Assembly (NCBI GenBank): GCA_965221905.1
Contig: OZ244922.1
Coordinates: 1,440,001-1,504,000 of the forward strand
DNA: 64,000 nucleotides
Direction of reading: 5' to 3'
DNA from: Chloroflexota bacterium
GTDB lineage: Bacteria > Chloroflexota > UBA11872 > VXOZ01
Both the position numbers and the translations under genes were made by a program. Positions 20,275 to 30,331 of this stretch are shown piece by piece. Under the pieces are notes generated by a model. The model was not told the origin of the DNA. It did not search any database and saw nothing but the letters and a program-made list of their open reading frames with translations. Every line of letters starts with the position of its first letter. Within the stretch, counting starts at the first letter, position 1.

Positions 20275-21273
20275 CTAGCCGCCAATCTGGGACATCGTGC
20301 GGTTAGCACGCTGGAAGAATTCACCCTCATTGATGCGGTGCTTGAGTTCCTTCTGCCAGATAGCGGCGCGAATGATATGCTCAAGCTCGTCGTCACTCGC
20401 TCCTTCGCGTAGAGGCAGGCGCAGGTCGGTTTCCCGCACTGAGAAGAGGCATGTGCGGAGCATGCCCTCCGCCGTGAGGCGAATGCGGTTGCACGTTGCG
20501 CAGAATGGCTCACTAACGGGATTAATGAAGCCTACTTCACCGTTACCGTCGGCAAACCGATAGACGCGCGAGGTTGATGAGGGGTCGGTTGGAATTGGCT
20601 CCAGCGGCACTGGCATTGCATCGTTGATGATGTCCAATATCTCGCGACCGCTCAGCACCTTCTCTTCGCGCCAAATGCCGTCAGCGTCCAGCGGCATAAA
20701 CTCGATGAAACGTACTACATAGGGCTTACGCCGCGCGAGTTCGGCGAATCCAACAACCTCGCGTTCCGTGAACCCGCGTATACCTACACAATTCAGCTTG
20801 ATTGGGCTAATGGAAGGGAACTTTTCGAGCTCCTCAAGGCCTTCCATTACCGCGTTGAACGAATTCCGCCGCGTAATGTAGGCAAACTGCTCCGGCACGA
20901 GGCTATCCAGACTAACGTTGATGCGTGTAAGACCGGCTTCGGCAAGCGGCCCTGCTAGTGCTTTGAGACGGAAGCCGTTAGTAGTTATCGAAAGGCTCTC
21001 CAAGTCGTCAATCAAGCGTAGGCGGCTAATGAGATGAGGGAGGTCCTTGCGGACAGTTGGTTCGCCGCCGGTGATGCGGAGGTCCCGAATCCCCAGCCGG
21101 ACGAAAAGCCTGGCAAGCCGCTCGATCTCTTCGTACGACAGTATCTCTTCGCGCGGTACCCACTGCATCATCTCTTCAGGCATGCAGTAACGACAACGAA
21201 AGTTGCAGCGGTCTGTTATCGAGATGCGCAGGTTTTCGATTTGCCGACCGAAACTATCTATCAACGGCTGCAT
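20275..21273 (-). CDS. moaA: GTP 3',8-cyclase MoaA (radical SAM)
   Basis: LRISITDRCNFRCRYCMP, FCATCNRIRLT, C-terminal MSQIGG. Confidence 0.97.
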   Translation of the reverse strand: MQPLIDSFGRQIENLRISITDRCNFRCRYCMPEEMMQWVPREEILSYEEIERLARLFVRLGIRDLRITGGEPTVRKDLPHLISRLRLIDDLESLSITTNGFRLKALAGPLAEAGLTRINVSLDSLVPEQFAYITRRNSFNAVMEGLEELEKFPSISPIKLNCVGIRGFTEREVVGFAELARRKPYVVRFIEFMPLDADGIWREEKVLSGREILDIINDAMPVPLEPIPTDPSSTSRVYRFADGNGEVGFINPVSEPFCATCNRIRLTAEGMLRTCLFSVRETDLRLPLREGASDDELEHIIRAAIWQKELKHRINEGEFFQRANRTMSQIGG

Positions 21274-21471
21274 CCGGCTGTCTCCAACATCGCAACTATG
21301 GATTTTGCGGACGTTTGCTCTTTGTACTATCAAGGTGGCAGGGAGTGTATCTTGCCTGTCCTCACAGCGAAGCGATTTGCGCTCCTGATAGACCTCCACT
21401 TCACACTCGACACCTTTTGGCACGAGTGTCACATTACGCCTTTAAGTCCCATTATAGCGTAGCAACGGCCC

Positions 21472-22878
21472 TCATGTTGAGAGACTTGCCAGAATATGTC
21501 TAACGGCTTGATCTTGTGCCGGCAAGACAGTGCGCGGATCAAGTACCACGGCCTCATCTTCGATGCGTACCACAAGCGGCGGACTGCCGGAGCGAAACTG
21601 CTTTGCCAACCAATCGGAAGAACGCGTAGGCGACGAGAGACGCAGAACCCACGTTGGCAGTGTTTCGCCGGGAAGAGCACCGCCGCCAATTGCGGACTCG
21701 CCGGAAACTACGGTAGTCGAAAGCAATTGGCCGTGTGCAGACGCAATCGTGCGCTGCCAGGCGCGCGCGCGCCGCTTCAGCCGCTCCGGTGGCGCGGAGA
21801 TCATCTGCCAGACCGGAATGTGCGTTTGTGCTTCATGCCTGTGGTAATGGGCCAGTGTGGCCTCCAGGCCGGCAATGGTTGTCTTGTCGAGTCGAAGGGC
21901 GCGAGCCAGCGGATGCCGCTTCATTCTAGCTATGAGGTCGCTCTTGCCGACTATTAGTCCGGCTTGTGGCCCGCCAAGGAGCTTGTCGCCGGAGAAAGTC
22001 ACAACGGCACAGCCCGCGGCAATCGTCTCTTGCACCGTTGGCTCCCTGTGAAGACCGAAGGCTGCTGTATCGAGCAATGAACCGCTGCCTAGGTCGTAGA
22101 TCACGGGAATGTCGTGTTGCCGGGCCTTTTCCACCAAAGCGTCCAGCGCCGGCTCATGGGTAAAGCCCACAACGCGAAAGTTACTTGAATGGACACGGAG
22201 GATGGCGGCCGTTGCCGGCGTGATCGCGCGAATAAAGTCTTCCGCGTAGGTGCGATTGGTTGTCCCAACTTCCACAAGCCGGGCGCCACTCTGCGCGAGG
22301 ACATCGGGAATTCGAAAGCCACCGCCAATCTCAACCGCCTCGCCGCGAGAGACAATAACCTCTCTTTCTGAAGCCAGGGTGCTAAGCGCGAGAAGGATTG
22401 CGGCAGCATTGTTGTTGACGGCCAGCGCGTCCTCTGCGCCGCTAAGGGCAGTCAGCGTGTTTGCGAGATGCGTATAGCGGGACCCGCGCGTACCGGCAGC
22501 TAGGTCGAACTCAAGGTTGCTGTAACCGTCGCTCACCGCCAGCATGGCCTCGATAGCGGCCTGGCTCAATGGTGCGCGCCCCAAATTGGTGTGTAGTATG
22601 ACACCGGTTGCGTTTATTGTCGGTCGCAGGGAGGGAAGAAATCGCTGTACGGCAGCGCGTTGTAGGCTCTGCGCCAGCACGTCGAGCGAGGGCGCGGCAT
22701 CGCCGTTGATGATAGCGGCCCGTGCCGTTGCCAGCACGTCTCGCGCAAGCTCCACCTGTAGGTGATGTGGGATTTCGAGCTTCAGGGACTGAACGGCGGG
22801 AGCAAGGAGCAGACGGTCTACACCCGGTAGCTCGCGCAGGCTTTCCCTATGCCCCGTACTTGGCGAGTTTTTGCGCAT
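21472..22878 (-). CDS. selA: L-seryl-tRNA(Sec) selenium transferase
   Basis: INATGVILHTNLGRAPL, EIGGGFRIPDV, EVGTTNRT, FSGDKLLGGPQAG; likely start overlaps the apgM 3' end. Confidence 0.97.
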   Translation of the reverse strand: MRKNSPSTGHRESLRELPGVDRLLLAPAVQSLKLEIPHHLQVELARDVLATARAAIINGDAAPSLDVLAQSLQRAAVQRFLPSLRPTINATGVILHTNLGRAPLSQAAIEAMLAVSDGYSNLEFDLAAGTRGSRYTHLANTLTALSGAEDALAVNNNAAAILLALSTLASEREVIVSRGEAVEIGGGFRIPDVLAQSGARLVEVGTTNRTYAEDFIRAITPATAAILRVHSSNFRVVGFTHEPALDALVEKARQHDIPVIYDLGSGSLLDTAAFGLHREPTVQETIAAGCAVVTFSGDKLLGGPQAGLIVGKSDLIARMKRHPLARALRLDKTTIAGLEATLAHYHRHEAQTHIPVWQMISAPPERLKRRARAWQRTIASAHGQLLSTTVVSGESAIGGGALPGETLPTWVLRLSSPTRSSDWLAKQFRSGSPPLVVRIEDEAVVLDPRTVLPAQDQAVRHILASLST

Positions 22879-24052
22879 GGCCCATCGCAAGCAGCATCGC
22901 ATCTTGCGCCGGGAAGCGGCCGAGGCTACCCCGCACAAGAGCGCGTTCTGTGAACTCGGAGATATCGTCGCTGATGCACGTGTTGCTGTAGAGGGCGAAT
23001 GGCACCGGATGCCAGGAATGGCCGCTCAGGGCCGATGGTGAGGAATGGTCCCCGGTAATCACAAAGACGTCCGGCTGGAAGCGCAGCAAGGCGGGAATCA
23101 GGCTATCTATCTCTTCCAGCACCTGAACCTTCTTGTTAAAGTCACCATCTTCGCCTGCGGTATCCGTGGCCTTGACATGGAAGTAAAAGAAGTCGTGCTC
23201 ATCCCAATACTGCTGCAGCGTCTCGAATTCATCCCAGATCGTATCTCCGGTTTCCAGCACCTCCATGCCAAGAAGCGTAGCGAGACCACGGTACATGGGG
23301 TATGTGGCGATAGCAGCCGGGGAGAGCTTGTAGATCTGTGGCATCGTTGGAATTGCCGGCAAGCCAGCGGCACCGCGCAGCAAGAGCGCGTTGGCGGGCT
23401 CCTGCCCCTGCAATACCATGGCGGCCTCGGCGAGAAAGCCATTGACGATCTGTGCCATTGGGGCTGCGTCTTCGTTCGTCGGCTCAGCGGGCAAAGGGGG
23501 CACGCCAGTGCGCTGCGGATCGGTGTCGGTCAGGTAATCCGAGAGTCCTTCGCCGCGGAACACCACCAATGCACGGTGCCCGGACTCGGTCTCGACGAAA
23601 ACCTCGACTTCGGGGAGATGTATATGCCGCAGCAGGGCGCAGAGTTCACGGTTCAGTTCGGTGGCGAGCCGTCCGGCGCGACGGTCGGTGATGTTGCCGC
23701 TCGCATCAACAGTGGCAAAGTTTGCTCGAAAGCAGATGTCATTTGGGCCGATTGGGAAATCAATGCCGAGCGCGGAGAGCACGCCCCTGCCAATGTCGTG
23801 CCTGATCGGATTGTAGCCAAAGAGAGCTAGGTGCGAAGGTCCGCTGCCGGGCGTTATCCCCGGCGCAATCGGGTCGATGACCCCGCAAATGGAGAGTCTT
23901 GCAAAGCGGTCGAGGTTGGGAATGCGCGCAACCTCTAGCTCAGACTTGCCGACCTCTGGGTGCGGCATACCGCCCAGCCCGTCCAGTACGAGAAAGAGGA
24001 TCTTGGACGGTGTTTGCTCTGAAAGATCCTGAATGAGTGCTAGCGGTACCAC
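22847..24052 (-). CDS. apgM: 2,3-bisphosphoglycerate-independent phosphoglycerate mutase (archaeal type)
   Basis: LDGLGG, PGSGPSHLALFGY, HVKATDTAGEDG, TGDHSSP, HSWHPVP. Confidence 0.95.
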   Translation of the reverse strand: MVPLALIQDLSEQTPSKILFLVLDGLGGMPHPEVGKSELEVARIPNLDRFARLSICGVIDPIAPGITPGSGPSHLALFGYNPIRHDIGRGVLSALGIDFPIGPNDICFRANFATVDASGNITDRRAGRLATELNRELCALLRHIHLPEVEVFVETESGHRALVVFRGEGLSDYLTDTDPQRTGVPPLPAEPTNEDAAPMAQIVNGFLAEAAMVLQGQEPANALLLRGAAGLPAIPTMPQIYKLSPAAIATYPMYRGLATLLGMEVLETGDTIWDEFETLQQYWDEHDFFYFHVKATDTAGEDGDFNKKVQVLEEIDSLIPALLRFQPDVFVITGDHSSPSALSGHSWHPVPFALYSNTCISDDISEFTERALVRGSLGRFPAQDAMLLAMGHAQKLAKYGA

Positions 24053-24352
24053 CGGGTTTTCCTATCAACCAGTTTGCGACACTTCAACGGCCATGCTATC
24101 AGGTAGCGGCACCGCTGTCTATTGAGGGGATCACGCGCCGCACAGGCATGGTGACAGGGCGCGTCGCTAGCAAACGCGCTATTGCATCGTGCTCTGCGAG
24201 GGGAACCTAGGCGATAAGCATGCTGGAGCTATACGGTAGCGCCTAGTAGGCAAGCCGGCTCTCCGTTCGCTTCGGGCACAAAGCATTGATCTAGAAACGA
24301 GGTATTCCTAGTAGACACCCGACGTGATAGATACCACACGTGGCGCGAAGAA

Positions 24353-24410
24353 GCGGGGGACAAGCCCCCGCGCTACGCACTAGCGGTCTCTCCGAGCAAA
24401 TAGGGAAATC
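24353..24410. repeat. GTAG-type REP-like palindrome plus adjacent GTCxxTCCGAGC..GAAATC unit
   Basis: Minus strand reads GTAGCGCGGGGGCTTGTCCCCCGC; similar composite at the IS5 site. Confidence 0.6.
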
Positions 24411-24471
24411 AACCCCCTGTCTCGTCTTTCCGATCCCTACTTGAGGTTACGTGCGACGGGGATGTGCAGCG

Positions 24472-24942
24472 TTAGGAACACTGCTGCAAGGCAGCGAAGT
24501 AATCATCCTCATCGCGCGGATTGAGCGGCTCGTTGACGATCTTGCCTTGGATCACCCCGTTCTTATCGATGATGAACGTGCCGCGTGTGGCAAAGCCCAA
24601 CTCATCCAGAAAGACCCCGTACTGACGGCAAACGGCACCGTGCGGCCAGAAGTCGGCAAGGAACGTGGCTGGAAAGCTGTTGTATTCCCTGAACTGCTTG
24701 AGCGTCCACTTGGTATCGGTGCAGACGCCAATGACCGCGGCGTCGCCGGCGTCGTAGCGGTCCGCATTTGCGGCCATGCCACGGAATTCGCCGTCACAGA
24801 TTCCGCTGAACGCGCCCACGTAGAAGACGAGCACGACATTCTGCTTGCCGCGATAATCGGAGAGTGAGACTTCCTCGCCGTCTTGGTTTACGAGCGTGAA
24901 ATCCGGCGCAACTTGGCCGACTTCGGTTCCTTCTGTTGCCAT
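24472..24942 (-). CDS. Peroxiredoxin (AhpE/BCP-like)
   Basis: [32 protein letters not shown]; GGAGG RBS. Confidence 0.9.
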   Translation of the reverse strand: MATEGTEVGQVAPDFTLVNQDGEEVSLSDYRGKQNVVLVFYVGAFSGICDGEFRGMAANADRYDAGDAAVIGVCTDTKWTLKQFREYNSFPATFLADFWPHGAVCRQYGVFLDELGFATRGTFIIDKNGVIQGKIVNEPLNPRDEDDYFAALQQCS

Positions 24943-25203
24943 GGATAAATCCTCCGTGAAGTGTGAGCATGAAGCGCTGCTTTGCATTCAATCTTAGAAC
25001 GAAAGGCGATGCGGTGACAACTGCGAAAATTGTGCAATTGAACGGCAAATCCTATTCCAGATATTCGTCAGTAATATGCCTTTCGACAACCTGTGTCTAG
25101 ATACATGCAAATGAGCAGAGCCACCGCTATCTATAGACTCCGGCTTGCAAAGGATTAAGGAGGAACGAATTCTGCCGAATAAAGTCACTAAGTAGGGGAA
25201 TGG

Positions 25204-27432
25204 TTAGCCAACAAAGTCTACAAAGACCGGACTGGACCACGCCATTTCCATATCGGACTGTATCACCCGCACCCAATAGGGATTCACGCCCGGCTGCGGT
25301 GAAGGATCGGTAAACGTGAACGCGGCGCTCTCCGGGGCGTCCTGGGGTGCGAGCGAGATCGTTACCCTGCGGCCAAGTGCCCCGATGGCGTATTCCATGG
25401 GTCCCGCCTCCAGCTCGCGCAGCGGGACGCCAAAGGCGAGAGACTCGGCGGGAGCGTACGCAAGCAGTTGCGGTCCTGCCGCGCCATACTCGCCGAATCC
25501 CGGCCGGCTAATGAGCGCAGTGCTGGCGGCCAGATTGAGCACGGTATCTGCGCTGCGTTCTAGCTTAAGAATGATTCCGCTGCGGTAGCCGCAGGCTACT
25601 GAGTGCCACTTCAGACTGCGGTCAGTAATGTCCGAGAGAAAGGAGCGCGGACTATCGAAGCGGATCGTGTTTGCCATGGTCAGCGTTGCGTTTGTAAGCG
25701 TTGCTGTACCGTCCCAGACCACGCCGGAGTAGCTGGACTTACGGCTTGCCCCATGCCAGAGGATGCGCACCCGTTCCGGGTCTGGTGTAGCCTCAATGGG
25801 ATGGGAGTAGATTCTCTCCAAGCCGCGATAAAGTTCCACGCTTTCCAGCGGAGCGGCGCCGGTAATGGAGACGGCAATGGTTGGCGATGTGGACGTGCTA
25901 TACGCTGCACCCATCGCATGGCCGTCCGCGTCCACACGCACGACGATGCGTGCCCCGGTCGTCGCGTAACACCTTCGTGCCTTCAGCGCCGTAAAGAAGG
26001 CCTCCAGCGTGAGATCGGAGGCGTAGATACCGGTGAGCCCGGCCTGCGCGTAGCGTCTGGGCTGGTAGCCGGGCGTATCCGAGCCCGGCCTCCCCGTATG
26101 GCTATCGCTGCCACCGACAAATCCCACCGTGTACCGGTGCTGCAATGCTTCCTCGAGAAACCATTCAAAGGAGCCGTGGGTCGAGGTAATCTCGATGGCA
26201 GGCTCAATGGATGGTTCATGATAGGTTAAGTCCGCATGCGCGCCGCCGACGTGGGGTGTAATGAGCACGTCGCTATGACGGTAGGCTGCGTAGAGATCAC
26301 GAACGTGAGTAAGATCGGTATCGACGTCGGATTTATCGACAACCTGTGCGTGGCTGTTGCGCCGGATTGGTTGATTATGGCGACGGAAGTATACGTTGTG
26401 ATGCCCGCCGCGTGCTGTTTCGGGCGACCACTCGAATCCCGGTAGCGGGACGAAGCGACCGGGGTCCGAAAAGGCTGCCTCGGCCTCCTGCTGCAGTCGC
26501 CAGTCTTCCGCTGAGACCATGTGGTCGTTGCGTTGATAGCCGACAAAGTCCAGGGCGGCAACGTCCCGCGCAAATTGGAAGAAATCGGGTATTTTCGCTG
26601 CCAAAGCGACTTGCCCACCATGGGGGTCGGCCCAGTAGAGGTTGTGCTCCGGCCGGTGCTCTGTACTGAGAATTGGATTGCTGCGCGCAACGAAGCCGCG
26701 CTGCCTGTCCTTTACATAAATCCTGTGTGTGCCGGCGTTGGACGCGATGCAGCCTTCGATTACCCGGACACCGTGATCGCCAGCCTGAAACAGCAGGTGC
26801 TGATTCGTTACCGGAAAGTGGATGCCCTCTGCGCTCACGTCTAGGGTGGCTGCGTAAGCGTGGGCGGGATTACCCCACCTGTCTTCGGCACGAACCAGCA
26901 AGCGAAACGGTTCGCCTGCGACGACCGTTGACGGCGCGACGGCTACGAGCTTCACGGCTTCACCGCCCACTATGGTCAAGTACGGCGAGTTAGCGAGCGT
27001 GGTAAAGGAACCATCTCCGGTGGCATCAACGGCCACCCAGAAGTAGCGCTTGGTCTCCAGGAAGGTCTGAGCGCGCGACCCCGGTCCACCGCCGCTGCGA
27101 TTACCGTAGGTCACTGTGACCGTTTCTCCTTGCCGCAAGCAGCGGCCGCGCACGCGAAGACGTACCGACTTTATTTCCTCAACTAAGATATCGAGGAGCG
27201 CTCCGGGCGGGCCGTCCACGGTCATAAATTCGGCCAGGGAAGGGTCCGCCAACTGCGGTACGGCCCAATCGGTGTCCGATTCCGTGTATATCCTGATAGC
27301 GCCACCCGCGGCGATGCCGCTGGCGCCGACCGTATAGGAGAGCTGCCACGTGCCAAAAGCGCCTGCAATTGCGCAGCCGGCCGGTTCTAACGCTGCGGTT
27401 CCATACTGCTCTTGCGGTTCATCATGTGACAT
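25204..27432 (-). CDS. DUF3604-like PHP-fold metallo-hydrolase
   Basis: YWADPHG, GFEWS, GHHNVYF, PHVGG, GGSDSHTGRPG, RRCYATTG, MAWSSPVFV. Confidence 0.75.
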   Translation of the reverse strand: MSHDEPQEQYGTAALEPAGCAIAGAFGTWQLSYTVGASGIAAGGAIRIYTESDTDWAVPQLADPSLAEFMTVDGPPGALLDILVEEIKSVRLRVRGRCLRQGETVTVTYGNRSGGGPGSRAQTFLETKRYFWVAVDATGDGSFTTLANSPYLTIVGGEAVKLVAVAPSTVVAGEPFRLLVRAEDRWGNPAHAYAATLDVSAEGIHFPVTNQHLLFQAGDHGVRVIEGCIASNAGTHRIYVKDRQRGFVARSNPILSTEHRPEHNLYWADPHGGQVALAAKIPDFFQFARDVAALDFVGYQRNDHMVSAEDWRLQQEAEAAFSDPGRFVPLPGFEWSPETARGGHHNVYFRRHNQPIRRNSHAQVVDKSDVDTDLTHVRDLYAAYRHSDVLITPHVGGAHADLTYHEPSIEPAIEITSTHGSFEWFLEEALQHRYTVGFVGGSDSHTGRPGSDTPGYQPRRYAQAGLTGIYASDLTLEAFFTALKARRCYATTGARIVVRVDADGHAMGAAYSTSTSPTIAVSITGAAPLESVELYRGLERIYSHPIEATPDPERVRILWHGASRKSSYSGVVWDGTATLTNATLTMANTIRFDSPRSFLSDITDRSLKWHSVACGYRSGIILKLERSADTVLNLAASTALISRPGFGEYGAAGPQLLAYAPAESLAFGVPLRELEAGPMEYAIGALGRRVTISLAPQDAPESAAFTFTDPSPQPGVNPYWVRVIQSDMEMAWSSPVFVDFVG

Positions 27433-28097
27433 GGCTGTCAGCTTACTCCTGTCATAGCGCGGGGCTTGGAAGGGGGTGAATTCCCCCCGCGAATAGTGCT
27501 CAGAGGTGACTGCGGCGTAATAATTGTCGCTCGTAGTGTACAACGAAATGGTCAACTGTGTCAGACGAACTCCAGGTCTCCAAGCATGCATGAAGAGGCC
27601 CAGCATTCGTGCGGTGTCCTTTCGAATGACAATGAGGCGATGGGCCTGTTGTTTGGGCTAGGGTTGAGTGAGCAAGTGAGGCGATGGGACGCTCAACCGA
27701 CGGCGGCTGCCACTGCTTGGGTCTTGCTAAGTTAAGAAAAGCATGCTCGATCAAGCGAAGATACGGCCTGGTGACGATGCGTGATAGCCTTGTTCATTGA
27801 AATAGAACCCTTTCCTCGAAGTTAACGGATGGCGAGCGCAGACTTGTAACCTGGGCTACTGCAGATGGATGGGCATACCGGATACTCTACCTAGCATAGG
27901 GAAAGAGAAAATTGCGCCATGGGCCGTTGCGATCGGATGATGATCGATGAACGTCAACATTTCTCCGCCTATTGGCGCCGTGAAAGACAGCCGCGTAGAG
28001 GCACGTAATTTGAAGAATCGATGGGTGTTGGCTAGACTGAGAATTAGGAAAGAAAAAGATTGAATAAACGTGTTTGCGAGGCTAGTGCTAGCGTCGC

Positions 28098-30191
28098 ATG
28101 GCAGCGATGAAGGGAGCCAGTATGGCCCGGGAGATGCCGTGGTACGATCAGTTCATTCGCTTTGGACAGGTAGTGCTTCATGAAGCTGATCCCCCATACG
28201 TAGACGTAGACTGGTGGCAAGAGCGTTGGCGTGAGTATGGGCTTGGTGGGGTAGTGCTTAGTGCCGGTGGCGTGCTGGCGTTCTACCCAACGGAAGTGCC
28301 ATTTCACCGACGCAGCCGCTGGCTTGGCGAACGGGACGTATTTGGGGATATGGTTGAGGCAGCAAAGAAGCAAGATCTCGTCGTACTGGCTCGTATTGAT
28401 CCGAGCCTCGCCCACGAGGATCTTTACTACGCTCATGCCGATTGGTTCATGGTGGACCATGCAGGCAAGCCCCGCCGAACAAATGGCCTTTACAACACCT
28501 GCATCAATTCGCCGTACTATCGTGAGTACTTGCCTGCGATCGTCCGTGAGATTGCCGAACGCTATCCTGTAGACGGCTTCCTCGGGCACAACTGGCAAGG
28601 AAATCGTGAGATATGCTACTGCTCGTACTGCGAGAAGCGGTATGCGCGGGAAGCGGAAATGCGGCTGCCGTCCCCGGCTAACGCACCGGGGAACCGTGAA
28701 GAGGAGCGCGCTCATCGGAGCTGGCAACGCTGGCGCAAAGAGGTCGATGAAGAACTGTGGAGCTTCTTGGACCGCGTGACCAAAGAGGCGCGGGACCAGG
28801 CCCTGTGGGTGGGGCATTCGACGCAGGGCCGCGTCGCCTCGCTGGCGGAATTCGTGATCACCCAGCATGAAGGCGGTCACGGTGGGAACCCTCTATGGAC
28901 CGCGGGCCTGGTGAGCCGTAAAGCGCGGGGCGTTGCGGGCAGAGGCAAGGCTGCCTATGTCACGGTAGACATGGGTAGCAGCGCTTCAGACGCGATTTCT
29001 CCGGCAACAATCCCCGTTACCCTAGCGGAAATTCTCGCGCATGGCGCTTGGCCCTGGGCGAGCATGGCCGCCGTGCCGCGCGATAGGCGCGTCCTCAAGG
29101 AAATGGCTTCCGCCTTTGCATGGCTGGATCAGCATCAGCAAATACTCGGAGGTCGCATTCCCGGAGCTACTGTGGGTGTGCTCTACTCCGCAAGCTCCGC
29201 GGACGATGCGATTTGTGGATTCGATAGTCATGTAATGGGCGCGTGCTTGGCCCTGTTGCGTGCGCGCATTCCATTTGACTTGGTGGAGTTGGATCGCATT
29301 CAATCAGGAGCGTTGCAAGACTACCAGTTGATCTTGTTGCCGAACATTAGTGAATTATCGGACAGCCACTCGCAACAGATTCGAAGCTTCGTTAGCAGCG
29401 GCCGCAGCCTTGTGGCAACGTTTGAGTCCTCGCGACGTGACACCTCAGGCGACTACCGCACCGATTTTGGGTTGGCGGATGTGTTTGGTGTTTCCGCCAC
29501 AGGACACGCGCCTCTGCAAGGCTTGGACAATGCGCAGTACCAAATCGGTGGCGACCATCCGATCGTCCAACCGTTTGGCGACACAATCGTGCTGCCGGCG
29601 GCGTCTCGACTCAGCCTAGTCCAACCGTTGGCGAAGACAGAGACGCCCTTGGTGCTGGTGCCGCCGGCGGTTGCAGAGCCGGCGGAATACGCGATCTCCG
29701 GGCTACCGCAAATTTCGCGCCCGGTGATGTTCGCGCGCGAGCAGGAGCAGAGCCGGATCGTCTACTTCCCTGGGGACATCGATCATGCAATTTGGGATCA
29801 GAATAACACCGACCTGGCCGGCTTGCTTGCTAATGCTGTGCGTTGGGCCCATGGCACTGAGTTGCCGGTCACGGTGGAGGGCCCCGGCCTCGTAGACATT
29901 GGCGTGCACGTCTATGGCAACATGTTGCAGGTGCACCTGGTCAATCTCACTAGCCCGGATGCCTGGCGTGGGACAGCCGAAGATATCGTGACTCTGGGCG
30001 CGCAGGAACTCCGAGTCGTGCTTCAACCTGGAAACGCTGTGCAAGATGCACGGCTTCTTGTGAGTGGAGAGAGCGCCGAATACAGCATTAGCGACAATGT
30101 GCTGCGTGTGGCAATCCCGCACGTCGGCACGCATGAGCTTGTAACTGTTCGCTTTGTGGCGGGGGCCGCCGAGTCGGCCGAATCCCAGTAG
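28098..30191 (+). CDS. GHL6-like putative glycoside hydrolase with GH42-type trimerisation domain
   Basis: AGGVLAFYPT, CINSPYY, YPVDGF, CYCSYC, RIPFD, LILLPN, VHLVNLT; start may be 28122. Confidence 0.75.
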   Translation: MAAMKGASMAREMPWYDQFIRFGQVVLHEADPPYVDVDWWQERWREYGLGGVVLSAGGVLAFYPTEVPFHRRSRWLGERDVFGDMVEAAKKQDLVVLARIDPSLAHEDLYYAHADWFMVDHAGKPRRTNGLYNTCINSPYYREYLPAIVREIAERYPVDGFLGHNWQGNREICYCSYCEKRYAREAEMRLPSPANAPGNREEERAHRSWQRWRKEVDEELWSFLDRVTKEARDQALWVGHSTQGRVASLAEFVITQHEGGHGGNPLWTAGLVSRKARGVAGRGKAAYVTVDMGSSASDAISPATIPVTLAEILAHGAWPWASMAAVPRDRRVLKEMASAFAWLDQHQQILGGRIPGATVGVLYSASSADDAICGFDSHVMGACLALLRARIPFDLVELDRIQSGALQDYQLILLPNISELSDSHSQQIRSFVSSGRSLVATFESSRRDTSGDYRTDFGLADVFGVSATGHAPLQGLDNAQYQIGGDHPIVQPFGDTIVLPAASRLSLVQPLAKTETPLVLVPPAVAEPAEYAISGLPQISRPVMFAREQEQSRIVYFPGDIDHAIWDQNNTDLAGLLANAVRWAHGTELPVTVEGPGLVDIGVHVYGNMLQVHLVNLTSPDAWRGTAEDIVTLGAQELRVVLQPGNAVQDARLLVSGESAEYSISDNVLRVAIPHVGTHELVTVRFVAGAAESAESQ

Positions 30192-30331
30192 CCCTCAGGA
30201 CTTCTATCATGTGTGGAGAGACCGGTATACCGCTCAGGTAGGGGAGGGACGCGGACATCGGCTCCTCAGACATCGGACCCCCTGACGAAACTGACGGCAC
30301 TCAACCGAGAGAGCGCCAACGCCCGCCCAAA

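Noticed and set aside
24040-24056. T-box-like GGTGGTACCGC on the minus strand
   Set aside because: It is the first codons of apgM; no stem I or terminator
24472-24942. Selenocysteine in the peroxiredoxin or other redox genes, given selA
   Set aside because: Active-site codons are Cys; no in-frame TGA readthrough candidate noticed
3221-25002. TCTTAGAACGA occurring near 3221, 3904 and 24992
   Set aside because: The 24992 copy is explained as the peroxiredoxin -10 (TAAGAT, minus strand); the others have no consistent position
30192-30331. c-di-AMP (ydaO) riboswitch before ktrB
   Set aside because: Conserved GCTGAATCC and CCCGTCAGCTAAC blocks are absent
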